A DNA stretch of 64,000 bases from Syntrophales bacterium (GTDB taxonomy: Bacteria > Desulfobacterota > Syntrophia > Syntrophales > UBA6807): the NCBI GenBank assembly GCA_040767195.1, contig JAXGPA010000004.1, positions 128,001 to 192,000 on the forward strand. Direction: 5' to 3'. The notes beneath the pieces are model-generated. The model saw nothing but the letters and a program-made list of their open reading frames with translations. It searched no databases and was not told the DNA's origin. Each line of letters opens with the position of its first letter. Position 1 is the stretch's first letter. Of this stretch, positions 18,089 through 27,178 are shown one piece after another. The position numbers were made by a program, and so were the translations under genes.

Positions 18089-19306
18089 TCAGTTCGATGC
18101 CGGGGACGGCTGCGCCTTCTGCCCCGCTTCCCCGTCCGTCTTTCCGCCGCCGCCGCCGAAAGGAACCGCCTTCACGGAAGCCCCGGGCCGCACTTTCTGC
18201 AGGCCTTCGACGATGACCCGGTCACCGGGCTTGAGGCCTGAAGAAACCAGCCACGTGTCGTCGATGGCCCTGTCGATCGTGAGTCCCTGCTGCTCCACTT
18301 TCCCCTCGTCGTTCACGACAAGCGCCAGGGGGTTTCCCCGGGGATCCCGGGAAACCGCCTGCTGGGGGATGAGGATGGCTTCCCTGTTGACGCCCTCCTT
18401 GATGACCGCCCGAACGAACATACCGGGCAGGAGAAGGCCCTCCGGGTTCGGGAAGACGAGCCGGAGGATGACAGAACCCGTCGTCGGGTCCACCGTGACA
18501 TCCCGGAACTGGAGGGTCCCTTCCCGGGGATAGACCGTCCCGTCATCCAGGATCAGGCGGACCTTGTTCTGACCGTTTCCGTCGGCATCGAGACGGCCCT
18601 CTTCCATTTGACGCTTGAGCTTCAGGAGGTCGGCGGTGGACTGGAGCACATCCACATAGATGGGGTCGATCTGCTGAATGGTGGCCAGGGGGACGGGCTG
18701 ATAGGCCGTCACGAGAGCGCCGTCGGTCACGCTGGATTTTCCGATGCGGCCGGGAATGGGCGCGTTGATCCGGGTGTATCCCAGGTTGATCCGGGCCGAC
18801 TCGACAGTCGCTTTCCAGTATTCGATGTCCGCCTGTGCCTGGTTAAGGGCGGCTTCCGCGTCGTCGTAATCCTGCCGGCTCACCGCCTTCTCGACGAGCA
18901 GTTCCCGGTAACGCTCTGCCCGCGACCGGATCGACGGAAGATAGGCTTCCGCCCTGCCGAGGGCGGCCAGGGCATTGTTGAGAGCCGCCTGGAAGGGGGC
19001 CGGGTCGATCTCATAGAGCACCTGTCCGGCCTTGACGTCCGAGCCTTCCTCGAAGAGGCGGCCCCGGACGAGGCCGTTCACCTGGGGCCGTATCTCCGCC
19101 ACGAGAAAGGCCGAGGTGCGGCCGGGCAACTCTGTCGTGAGAAGCAACGTCTTCGGCTGAACGGTCACCGTGGCGACTTCCGGGACAGCGCGCGCCGGCG
19201 TCGCCTGCGGCTCCCGGTTGCAGGCGGTGAGCCCCAGACAGCTGAAAAGAACCGTCAAGACAAGGGAAAGCGTAACCACTCGATCCAGCCCTGTGCAGAC
19301 CTTCAT
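18089..19306 (-). CDS. acrA: RND efflux periplasmic adaptor lipoprotein (AcrA/MexA-like)
   Basis: Lipobox LTAC, LTTELPGRTSAFLVAEIRPQV, APIPGRIGKSSVT, LLPGMFVRA. Confidence 0.9.
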   Translation of the reverse strand: MKVCTGLDRVVTLSLVLTVLFSCLGLTACNREPQATPARAVPEVATVTVQPKTLLLTTELPGRTSAFLVAEIRPQVNGLVRGRLFEEGSDVKAGQVLYEIDPAPFQAALNNALAALGRAEAYLPSIRSRAERYRELLVEKAVSRQDYDDAEAALNQAQADIEYWKATVESARINLGYTRINAPIPGRIGKSSVTDGALVTAYQPVPLATIQQIDPIYVDVLQSTADLLKLKRQMEEGRLDADGNGQNKVRLILDDGTVYPREGTLQFRDVTVDPTTGSVILRLVFPNPEGLLLPGMFVRAVIKEGVNREAILIPQQAVSRDPRGNPLALVVNDEGKVEQQGLTIDRAIDDTWLVSSGLKPGDRVIVEGLQKVRPGASVKAVPFGGGGGKTDGEAGQKAQPSPASN

Positions 19307-19367
19307 TCAAAACCTCCTGTCCTGGGGATCAATGTATGTGCCCTGGGTCAACGAAAACAGATTCATA

Positions 19368-20003
19368 TCACCATTCAACAAGCCCGTCGAAAAAAATCTT
19401 CAGTACCGTTTCAGGAACCACCGGGGCGGGGTGCCGTTCCGGGTTGTAAACCCACAGAAAAAGAAAGGCGTTGACCTGGCTTTCGAGGGCCAGGGCCAGG
19501 TGGTAGGGATCGGCGACTTTTCTAAAGCGTTTTCTCAGGATGCCTTTCTCGAAGGTGGAAGCGAGAATCCGGAGAAAAACATCGTAGCGCCTTCGCATCT
19601 CGGCATCCAGGCCCGTCATGAGGTTGAAGCTCCCGCCCTGGGTGATCCCGAAATAAAGACGGATCATGGAAACATTGTCCCGAAAGAATTCGCTCTTGAC
19701 CCTGATGTAATTTCTCAGCTTCTCGATTTCGTCGCGGGGTTCCTCGAGAGCCCCCACAAGGGCGTCGTGGATCGCGTCGGCCTGCTCCAGCACGAGCACC
19801 CTGTAAAGGTCTTCCTTGTTTCTGAAAAACTTGTAGAGGGTACCGATGGCGAACTCGGATTCCTCGGCAATCTCGTGCATGGAGACGCTGTGATACCCCT
19901 TCTCCGAAAAAAGGCGAAGCGCCGCGGTCAGCATATCCCGGCGCTGACGCAATTTCTCCCTCTCCCGCCTCGAGAGCGTTTTCTCTTTTAACCTGGGGCC
20001 CAT
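19368..20003 (-). CDS. TetR/AcrR family transcriptional regulator
   Basis: AALRLFSEKGYHSVSMHEIAEESEFAIGTLYKFFRNKEDL HTH. First gene of the efflux operon. Confidence 0.9.
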   Translation of the reverse strand: MGPRLKEKTLSRREREKLRQRRDMLTAALRLFSEKGYHSVSMHEIAEESEFAIGTLYKFFRNKEDLYRVLVLEQADAIHDALVGALEEPRDEIEKLRNYIRVKSEFFRDNVSMIRLYFGITQGGSFNLMTGLDAEMRRRYDVFLRILASTFEKGILRKRFRKVADPYHLALALESQVNAFLFLWVYNPERHPAPVVPETVLKIFFDGLVEW

Positions 20004-20036
20004 CTCATGAAACGCCTTTGCACAAAAAACAAGTAT

Positions 20037-20081
20037 GTGAACGCAGCGTCACTTTATATAACACGACGTCATATTTTTCAA
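20037..20081 (-). promoter_or_regulatory. Sigma70-type promoter of the tetR-RND operon with an adjacent palindrome (candidate operator)
   Basis: Minus strand TTGAAA-17nt-TATAAA, followed directly by the imperfect palindrome GTGACGCTGCGTTCAC. Confidence 0.55.
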
Positions 20082-20218
20082 GACAAAAAAAACCGCGGAC
20101 AAGAGCCCGCAGCGGACGGCCGTCCGTGACCGGTCAAAAGAAAGCCGGGAATCACACCCCTGAGCTTGCCGCGCCGACGCAAAGGGTGTCACACCGTCAC
20201 GACCGACGGGCACTCCGC

Positions 20219-20252
20219 GGCACCGGAAAGGCCCGCCGGTCTTTCCGGTGCC
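20219..20252. terminator. Stem-loop downstream of the molybdopterin oxidoreductase gene
   Basis: GGCACCGGAAAG-N10-CTTTCCGGTGCC perfect 12-bp inverted repeat. Confidence 0.45.
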
Positions 20253-20336
20253 CTCGGCACTGAAGCCTCCCTGTGAAGGGCCGCCCGGTCCCGGAATTCC
20301 CCTGAAGAAGGCGGAACCCGTTTCGAACAGTCGAGT

Positions 20337-22415
20337 CTACGCTTTCCGAATCCGGCAGGGCAGGTTCTTCAGGTTCGGCGTCCCGAATTCCTTTCCCAGT
20401 TTTCCGATGGATGTGAGCATGTTGAAATTGGACTTTTGCCACCCGTACTGGCTTTCCGGGTCCGCCTCGGGAAACCACCATCCCAGGGAGGCGCTGACGA
20501 CCTTTGGATGGACGATATCCGTCACGTGGGCCGCCTGGGTCACTTCGCCGTATTTCGTTTCGATGACGACCGGATCACCGTCACTGATACCATACGTGGC
20601 CGCCGTTTCAGGATGGATCTCCACCTTCGGGTTCGGCCTCTTCTCCCGGAGTTTCGGGACCCAGCGGTACGAGGACAGGAGATAATACTGGCTCTTGGCA
20701 CTGATCAAAAGCAGGGGGAACCCGGGATCGTCCTCCTCGGGGAAACCGGAAAACTCGGGCAGCGGTTTCAGCCGGAATTTCTCGGCGGTGCTCAACTTCA
20801 GCTCGACTTTTCCCGTCGGCGTCCGGAACCCTTTTTCCACGTAGGATTTGAACCGGTCGGGACCTTTCAGGTAGCCCTTCTCGACGAACTCGCGGTAGGT
20901 GAGCCCCGCCGGTTTCACCACGTCCTCCAGAAAAGCCTCGAAGTCGTCATGCCAGAGCTCGGGAGGGGACACCCGCTTGCCCAGCTCGTTGATGATCTTC
21001 ATGTCGGGCCAGCACGCTTCGGGCGGTTCGACGATCTTCGGCCGGGCGACGATCATGCCATGCCCGATGCCGTAGTGGCCGATGTCGTTCATTTCGTACT
21101 GGTGGGCGACGGGGAACACGATATCGGCCATCGCCGCCGTGGGCGTCATGAAAATCTCGGCCATGGCCAGGAAATCGAGGCTCAAGAGGGCCTCGTAGGT
21201 CGTCTTGCTGTCCGCCCAGGCCACCAGCGGGTTCGTGCACATGCCGTAATAGCCCCGAACCGGGTAGGGAACGCCCTCGAGGACGGCCTTGCGGAAATAG
21301 GCCGGGGCGACGGTCATGAGACGGGGGATGATGCCATAATGGGCGCTGATCATTTCCTTGCGCTTGTCCGGGATGAGGTCGGCCCGGACAAACGGTCCCA
21401 GGCCCATGATCTTCGGGTCGTGGGCGTTCACGTTGCCGCCGGGAACCTCGAGGTTGCCGCAGATCGCCATGAGACAGACCAGCGAACGGGTGGCGTCGAA
21501 AACGCCGACGTCGTGCTCGATGGGGTTCCCCCACTGGAGGGCCGCCGGTTTCGCCGCCGCGTACATCCGGGCCGCCTTCCGGATCAGGTCGGCGGGAACC
21601 CACGTGATTTCGGACACCTTTTCGGGCGAGTACTCCTTCACGTGGGAAGCCAGGTCTTCGAAACCGTAGGTGTATTTTTCGACAAACTCCTTGTCGTAAA
21701 GGGATTCCTCGATGATGACGTGAATGAACCCGAGCGCCAGGGCCTGCGCCGTTCCCGGCCGGAGCTGAAGCCAGCAGTCCGCCTGGTCGACGAAATCGAT
21801 CCTTCGGGGATCGACGACGATCAACTTGGCGCCTTTCTTCAGCTGGGCGTAAAACTGGCTGGCGATCTGGCCCTCTTCGTTCGTCGACGCGGGGTTGCTC
21901 GCCCACAGGACGATGAGTTCCGTCGGGTTGTGGAGATCCGCGACGGGGTAAAACCCGCAGGTGTGAATGCCCGTCACCTCCCGGGGGGCGTGGCACACGT
22001 CCTGGGAAGCGATGAGATTGGGGGATCCGAAAATGTTGGCGAGACGGATCTGAACGAAGTGTTCCAGGCCCTTGGGCATGCCCACGCCGAACCCGACGGC
22101 GCGGGCGCCGTATTTGTCCCTGATCTTTTTCAGGTTGTCCGCCGTCTCGTCGAGGGCTTCCTCCCAGGACACCTGGTGCCACTTCCCCTCCCCCCGCTTT
22201 CCAGCCCGCTTGAGCGGGTGCTTGAGCCGATCGGGGTGCGTCAGGCGGTCGGCGGAAACCCGGCCCTTGAAACAGGTGTACCCCTTGTTGAGATACCCGT
22301 CGGGGTCTCCTTTTATCTGAACGATTTTGTTGTCTTTCACACCCACCAGGAGCGCGCAGCCCCCCTGGTCCATGCGGGCGCAGTGTGTTTTTTCCCAGCG
22401 GATATCTTCGGTCAT
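20337..22415 (-). CDS. Cytoplasmic bis-MGD molybdopterin/tungstopterin oxidoreductase, acetylene-hydratase-like subgroup
   Basis: HPDRLKHPLKRAGKRGEGKWHQVSWEEALDE, FGSPNLIASQDVC (Cys141, putative metal ligand), KLIVVDPRR, LQLRPGT, TPTGKVEL, VEIHPETA. No Tat signal. Confidence 0.8.
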   Translation of the reverse strand: MTEDIRWEKTHCARMDQGGCALLVGVKDNKIVQIKGDPDGYLNKGYTCFKGRVSADRLTHPDRLKHPLKRAGKRGEGKWHQVSWEEALDETADNLKKIRDKYGARAVGFGVGMPKGLEHFVQIRLANIFGSPNLIASQDVCHAPREVTGIHTCGFYPVADLHNPTELIVLWASNPASTNEEGQIASQFYAQLKKGAKLIVVDPRRIDFVDQADCWLQLRPGTAQALALGFIHVIIEESLYDKEFVEKYTYGFEDLASHVKEYSPEKVSEITWVPADLIRKAARMYAAAKPAALQWGNPIEHDVGVFDATRSLVCLMAICGNLEVPGGNVNAHDPKIMGLGPFVRADLIPDKRKEMISAHYGIIPRLMTVAPAYFRKAVLEGVPYPVRGYYGMCTNPLVAWADSKTTYEALLSLDFLAMAEIFMTPTAAMADIVFPVAHQYEMNDIGHYGIGHGMIVARPKIVEPPEACWPDMKIINELGKRVSPPELWHDDFEAFLEDVVKPAGLTYREFVEKGYLKGPDRFKSYVEKGFRTPTGKVELKLSTAEKFRLKPLPEFSGFPEEDDPGFPLLLISAKSQYYLLSSYRWVPKLREKRPNPKVEIHPETAATYGISDGDPVVIETKYGEVTQAAHVTDIVHPKVVSASLGWWFPEADPESQYGWQKSNFNMLTSIGKLGKEFGTPNLKNLPCRIRKA

Positions 22416-22470
22416 GGGACGGGAACCTCCTCTTGTTGAATGGCGCCGGCTTTACAGCTCCGGCAGATAA

Positions 22471-22488
22471 TATGCCGCCGGTGACATA
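22471..22488. promoter_or_regulatory. Candidate ModE-type box upstream of the molybdopterin oxidoreductase
   Basis: TATGCC-GCCGGT-GACATA. Confidence 0.55.
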
Positions 22489-22762
22489 ACACATTGCCGT
22501 CGTGAAGGCCACCTTTTTCCAGTGCCGGATGAGAAAAAACAGCAATTTCGATAAAAAGTCCCACGATCAGCCGCCTTTTCCTCCCTTGGCGTCGAAGCGG
22601 GGACGGGAACGCCCCGCTCCCCCAAACCCGAACACCCGTCGACGGAGACGCTTCCCGAACGACATTACCGGGACATATGCCCAGGCCTCTTGCAGGTTCA
22701 CGGGATCTCGAAGCTTCGCGAAGCCAACAAGGCGATTTCACGCCCCATGGGGCAGAATCTCC

Positions 22763-22803
22763 TTGACTCTGTGCCATAAATGGCATATGCATTTTTGGAC
22801 ATA
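22763..22803 (+). promoter_or_regulatory. FDH-2 promoter with two overlapping ModE-type boxes
   Basis: TTGACT-17nt-TATGCA. Boxes TGTGCC-ATAAAT-GGCATA (22770-22787) and TATGCA-TTTTTG-GACATA (22786-22803). Confidence 0.55.
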
Positions 22804-22911
22804 TTTGTGCATGGGAATTTTTGGTTTTTCCCGTCGCTTAACTGCCGGTTCTGGCGACGTAAGCCGTAAGGACACGTTCAACAAGCGAATCCAACAGAAC
22901 GAGGTGTGAGT

Positions 22912-25605
22912 GTGGGTAAAAATACGTTGAAACTTAACGGAAAGGACGTTGTGTTCAAGCCCGGCCAGTCCATTCTCGATGTCGCAGCGGACAACGGCGT
23001 GGAAATCCCGACTCTCTGCTACCTGAAAGGCACGACGCCGACGGGTGCCTGCCGCATGTGCCTCGTCGAGGTGTCAGGGTCCCGGTCACTCGTCACGGCC
23101 TGCAGCATGCCCGCCGCGGGGGGCATGGAAATCCTGACGGACACGGACCGGGTTCACCAGGCACGGAAACTGAACGTGGAACTTCTTCTGGCAAGCGGGA
23201 CCCACAACTGCCTCACCTGCGAAGCCAACGGGGACTGCCGCCTCCAGGACCTGGCGTATCGTTACGGTATCACCGAAATACCCTTTTCCGAGACACCCCA
23301 GCCCTATCCCACAGAATCGGACGACCCGTTCATCATCCGGGATTTCAGCCGGTGCATCCTCTGCGGCCGGTGCGTGCAGGCCTGCAACGAACTGGTGGTC
23401 AACCGCGCCATCAGTTACGGGTACAGGGGGTCTCATTCCAAGATCGTGGCGGGAACGGACATCCCCTATTTCGGCAGCGACTGCGTGTTCTGCGGCCAGT
23501 GCGTCGAGGTCTGTCCCGTGGGGGCCCTGATCGAGAAGAAATCCCGGTACCGGGGCCGCCGGTGGGATCTGCAGAAGGTCCGGACCACCTGCCCCTATTG
23601 CGGCGTGGGCTGCCAGATGTGGCTGCATCTCAACAGGGACGGGAGAATCGCCCGAGTCACCGCCGTGGAAGACGGGGCGCCGAACAAGGGACGGCTCTGC
23701 GTGAAGGGGCGGTTCGCCTATGACTTCATCTACTCGGAAGACCGGCTCACCTCGCCGCTCATCAAGGAAAACGGGGAATTCCGGGAGGCCTCGTGGGACG
23801 AAGCCCTCGATCTCGTCGCCGGCAAGTTCAAGGAGCTGAAGGAAAAATACGGCCCAGACTGCATCGCCGGCGTCAGCTGCGCCCGAAGCATCAATGAAGA
23901 CTCGTACCAGATGCAGAAGCTCTTTCGATCGGTGATCGGGACAAACAACATCGATCACTGCGCCCGAACCTGACACGCCCCCACCGTCGCCGGTCTGGCG
24001 GCTTCCTTCGGTTCCGGGGCCATGACGAATTCCTTTGACGAGTTCAGCCGGGCCAAGATGTTTCTCTGCATCGGCACCAACATGATCGAAGCGCACCCCG
24101 TGGCGGCGACGTTCCTCAAGAACGCCGTTCTGAACGGGGCGGAACTTATCGTGGTGGACCCCCGGAGACAGCCCCTGGTCTCCTTCGCCACCCTCCACGT
24201 TCCCATCAACGTGGGGTCCGACATCGCCTTCCTGAACGGCGTCATGAACGTCCTCATCGCGGAAGACCTCTACGACAAGGATTTCGTGTCGTCGTGCTGC
24301 ATCGGTTTCGACGAGCTTAAGGACAAGGTGATGGCCTACCCGCCGAAGATCGCGTCGGAGATCTGCGGTGTCCCGGAAGACATGATCCGGGACGTCGCCC
24401 GCCGCCTGGCGGCGGCGGAATCCTGCATGCTCTGCTATACCCTGGGCATCACCGAACACACCTGCGGTAAGAACAACGTCATGTCCACGGCGAACCTCCA
24501 GATGCTCCTCGGCAACATGGGAATGGAGTGCGGGGGCGTGAACCCCCTGCGGGGCCAGAACAACGTCCAGGGGGCCTGCGACATGGGGGCCCTTCCCAAC
24601 GTTTTCCCCGGCTACCAGGCCGTCACCAACCCCGACGCCCGGGCCAAGTTCGAAAAGGCCTGGGGGGTGGAAAAACTCCCCGACAAAAACGGCCTCATGA
24701 TCCCCCAGATGATGGAGGGACTCGTGGATGGAACGGTGAAGGCCTTCTACATCTTCGGCGAAAACCTGGCGAATTCGGAACCCGACATCAGCAAGGTGGA
24801 ACACGAGCTCGGGTCCGCCGAATTCATCGTCTGCCAGGACATATTCCCCACGGAAACGACGCGATTCGCCCACGTGATCCTGCCCGCCGCGGCGTGGTGC
24901 GAGGATGATGGAACCTTCACGAACAGCGAGCGCCGGGTGAACCGTGTCCGGAAGGTCACCGAGCCGCCGGGGCTGGCGAGGCCGAACTGGTGGATTTTCA
25001 AGGAAATCGCCAGACGAATGGGACACCAGTGGACGTCGGAGGGAGGCCGGGAGATCTGGGACGAGGAAGTGTCCGTCCTGGCGCCTTCTCTTGTGGGGAT
25101 CAAGTACCGGAGGCTGGAAAACGACGGGCTCCAGTGGCCCTGTCCCGACGAGGATCACCCCGGAACGTGCTTCCTCCACCAGGACGGCTGTTTCACCTGC
25201 GGTCTCGGCCAGTTCAACCCCGTGGACTGGACGCCGCCGGCGGAGGTGCCCGACGACGACTATCCCTTCGTTCTCAGCACGGGCCGGAGGCTCTACCAGT
25301 ATCACACGAGAACCCAGACGGGCCGTGCGGACATGAATTTTCTTCTCCCCGAGGAAACGGCGGACATCTCCCCCGCCGACGCCGGCCGGCTCGGCATCGC
25401 CCACGACGAAAAAATCCGGGTCCGGTCCCGGCGGGGCGCCGTCGAGGTCAAGGCCAATGTCACCGAACAGATCCCACCGGGCATGGTGTGGATGGCTTTT
25501 CACTTCCGCGAGGCCTGCGCCAACTGGCTCACCAACCCCGTTTTCGATCCCGCCACGTTGACCGCCGAGTACAAGGCCTGCGCCGTCGCCGTGGAAAAGC
25601 TGTGA
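22912..25605 (+). CDS. fdhF: Selenocysteine-containing cytoplasmic formate dehydrogenase alpha subunit (FDH-2); UGA=Sec at 23971-23973
   Basis: ORFs 22906..23973 and 24022..25605 are in frame across one [29 protein letters not shown]. Same Fe-S domain set as FDH-1, LRGQNNVQG. Start GTG 22912 (RBS GAGGTG) or GTG 22906. Confidence 0.93.
23986..24002 (+). other. Bacterial SECIS-like hairpin of FDH-2
   Basis: GUCGCC-GGUCU-GGCGGC begins at the 13th nt 3' of the UGA. Confidence 0.75.
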
Positions 25606-25633
25606 AACTGAAGGCTTAAAAAGGAAAGAAACG

Positions 25634-25669
25634 AAAAAGGTCCATGCCGCGACGGCATGGACCTTTTTT
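25634..25669. terminator. Bidirectional intrinsic terminator between convergent fdhF-2 and fdnI
   Basis: AAAAAGGTCCATGCCG-CGA-CGGCATGGACCTTTTTT, a perfect stem with A/T tracts on both sides. Confidence 0.85.
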
Positions 25670-25693
25670 CATGACCTCGTGACAGCGGGGCGG

Positions 25694-26368
25694 CTAATGA
25701 TGTCCCGCCGCCGCTGCCTTCTCTTCTCCGTATACTTCGAGCTTTCCTTCCTCTTCCATCTCACGGAGCCACTTGGGGCACTGCTTCTCGCACCAGGCCC
25801 GGGTCACGTACCCCGTCACGATGGCCGGGAACGAACCGGGAACACCGATCGTCCCAAGGTACAGGTGAATGAAAAAGAACGGAAACAAAACAACGAAACC
25901 CAGGGCATGGAGGAAATACATGAGCCGAACCGTGCCCACCGAAAAGGACAGGGGAAACCACATGATGAGACCGCTCACCACCATGACGATACCGAACCCC
26001 GCCACGGCCAGAAAAAACGCCTTCTGACCGGGATTGTACTTCCCCGTCTCCGGGGGATGCTCCACGTGCCACAAATACCCGCCGGCGCACTTGATCCACT
26101 CCAGATCATCGGGAAAATCGAAAATCGCCGCCTCGCGCCACCAGATGAGTATCCCGAAAAAAAGCGCCGGGGCGAAAACCAGGCCCGAAAAATTGTGGAT
26201 CAGCTTCAGGTTCTTCAAACCCCCAACGGGTATCGCCAGAAAATTCAGGGAATGGAACATCATCCCCAAACCCGAAACAGCCAGGATCAGAAAGGAGCCG
26301 GCAAGGCACCAGTGGACGATCCTCTCGAAACCATCAGATACTTTGATCATTCCTTTTTTCGGTATCAT
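25694..26368 (-). CDS. fdnI: Formate dehydrogenase gamma subunit (cytochrome b556)
   Basis: ERIVHW, KLIHNFSG, TGKYNPGQKAFF, YFLHA, FIHLYLG heme-b histidines, 4 TMs. Start ATG 26368. Confidence 0.88.
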   Translation of the reverse strand: MIPKKGMIKVSDGFERIVHWCLAGSFLILAVSGLGMMFHSLNFLAIPVGGLKNLKLIHNFSGLVFAPALFFGILIWWREAAIFDFPDDLEWIKCAGGYLWHVEHPPETGKYNPGQKAFFLAVAGFGIVMVVSGLIMWFPLSFSVGTVRLMYFLHALGFVVLFPFFFIHLYLGTIGVPGSFPAIVTGYVTRAWCEKQCPKWLREMEEEGKLEVYGEEKAAAAGHH

Positions 26369-26369
26369 C

Positions 26370-27167
26370 TTACTCACCTCCTCCCTGGCCGGCTTCTCCG
26401 CCGCTCGTGTCCTTCGGCCCGTGCAGAATGTAGTGCAGGAACGACCCGACCAGGACACCGCCCGTCGCCAGGAGGCTCAGAGGCTTCAACCAGTCCTTCC
26501 AGGCAATGATGGAAAGGGGTACCGTCGGACGGGCCGGCAGGTTGTCGTAAGTTTCCGGCTTTTCGGACAGAACGTAAATAACATGGGTTCCGCCGACGAA
26601 CTTGTCGCCGTAGACATTGGCGTCCCCCCCCAGTTCCTTGACCCGCCGGTAGGCCTTTTCGATCATGGCGTCCCTGGGGCCGATGGTGAGAGCCCCGGTC
26701 GGACAGGATTTGACGCAGGCGGGAAGCTCGTCGCTTTTCAGGCGGCCGTAGCACAGGTCGCACTTGGTCACCTTGTCCGACGCGGAGTCGTACTTCGGTA
26801 TGCCGAAGGGGCAGGCGATGACGCACTCCTTGCAGCCGATGCACTTTGCCCGGTCGAGGCCCACGGTACCGAATTCGGTGTAGTAAAGGGCGCCGCTGGG
26901 GCACACCTTCACGCAGGCCGCGTCGGTGCAGTGCATGCAGCCGTCTTTCCGGAAAAGCCATTTCAACGTCCCCTGCCCGTCGACATGCTCCTGGAAACGG
27001 ATGAGGGTCCAGGTATTCCACTCGAGATCCGGCGGGTTCTGGTAGCTGCCCAGGTTTCTGGTTCTTTTCGCCGGCATTTCGTTCCACTGCTTGCAGGCCA
27101 CCTGGCATCCCCGGCAGGCCGTGCATTTCGTCGTATCGATGAGCTTTACGATTTCGTTCCCTTTCAT
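26370..27167 (-). CDS. fdnH: Formate dehydrogenase beta (4x[4Fe-4S]) subunit with C-terminal TM
   Basis: IDTTKCTACRGCQVACKQWN, GCMHCTDAACVKVCP, CIGCKECVIACP, KCDLC...PACVKSCPTGA. Confidence 0.92.
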   Translation of the reverse strand: MKGNEIVKLIDTTKCTACRGCQVACKQWNEMPAKRTRNLGSYQNPPDLEWNTWTLIRFQEHVDGQGTLKWLFRKDGCMHCTDAACVKVCPSGALYYTEFGTVGLDRAKCIGCKECVIACPFGIPKYDSASDKVTKCDLCYGRLKSDELPACVKSCPTGALTIGPRDAMIEKAYRRVKELGGDANVYGDKFVGGTHVIYVLSEKPETYDNLPARPTVPLSIIAWKDWLKPLSLLATGGVLVGSFLHYILHGPKDTSGGEAGQGGGE

Positions 27168-27178
27168 CGTCCACCCTC

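Noticed and set aside
22796..22811. Sigma54 promoter for FDH-2 (TGGACATATTTGTGCA, GG-N10-GC)
   Set aside because: Spacing fits, but the match to TGGCACG-N4-TTGC is poor and the sequence is explained by the overlapping ModE-type box.
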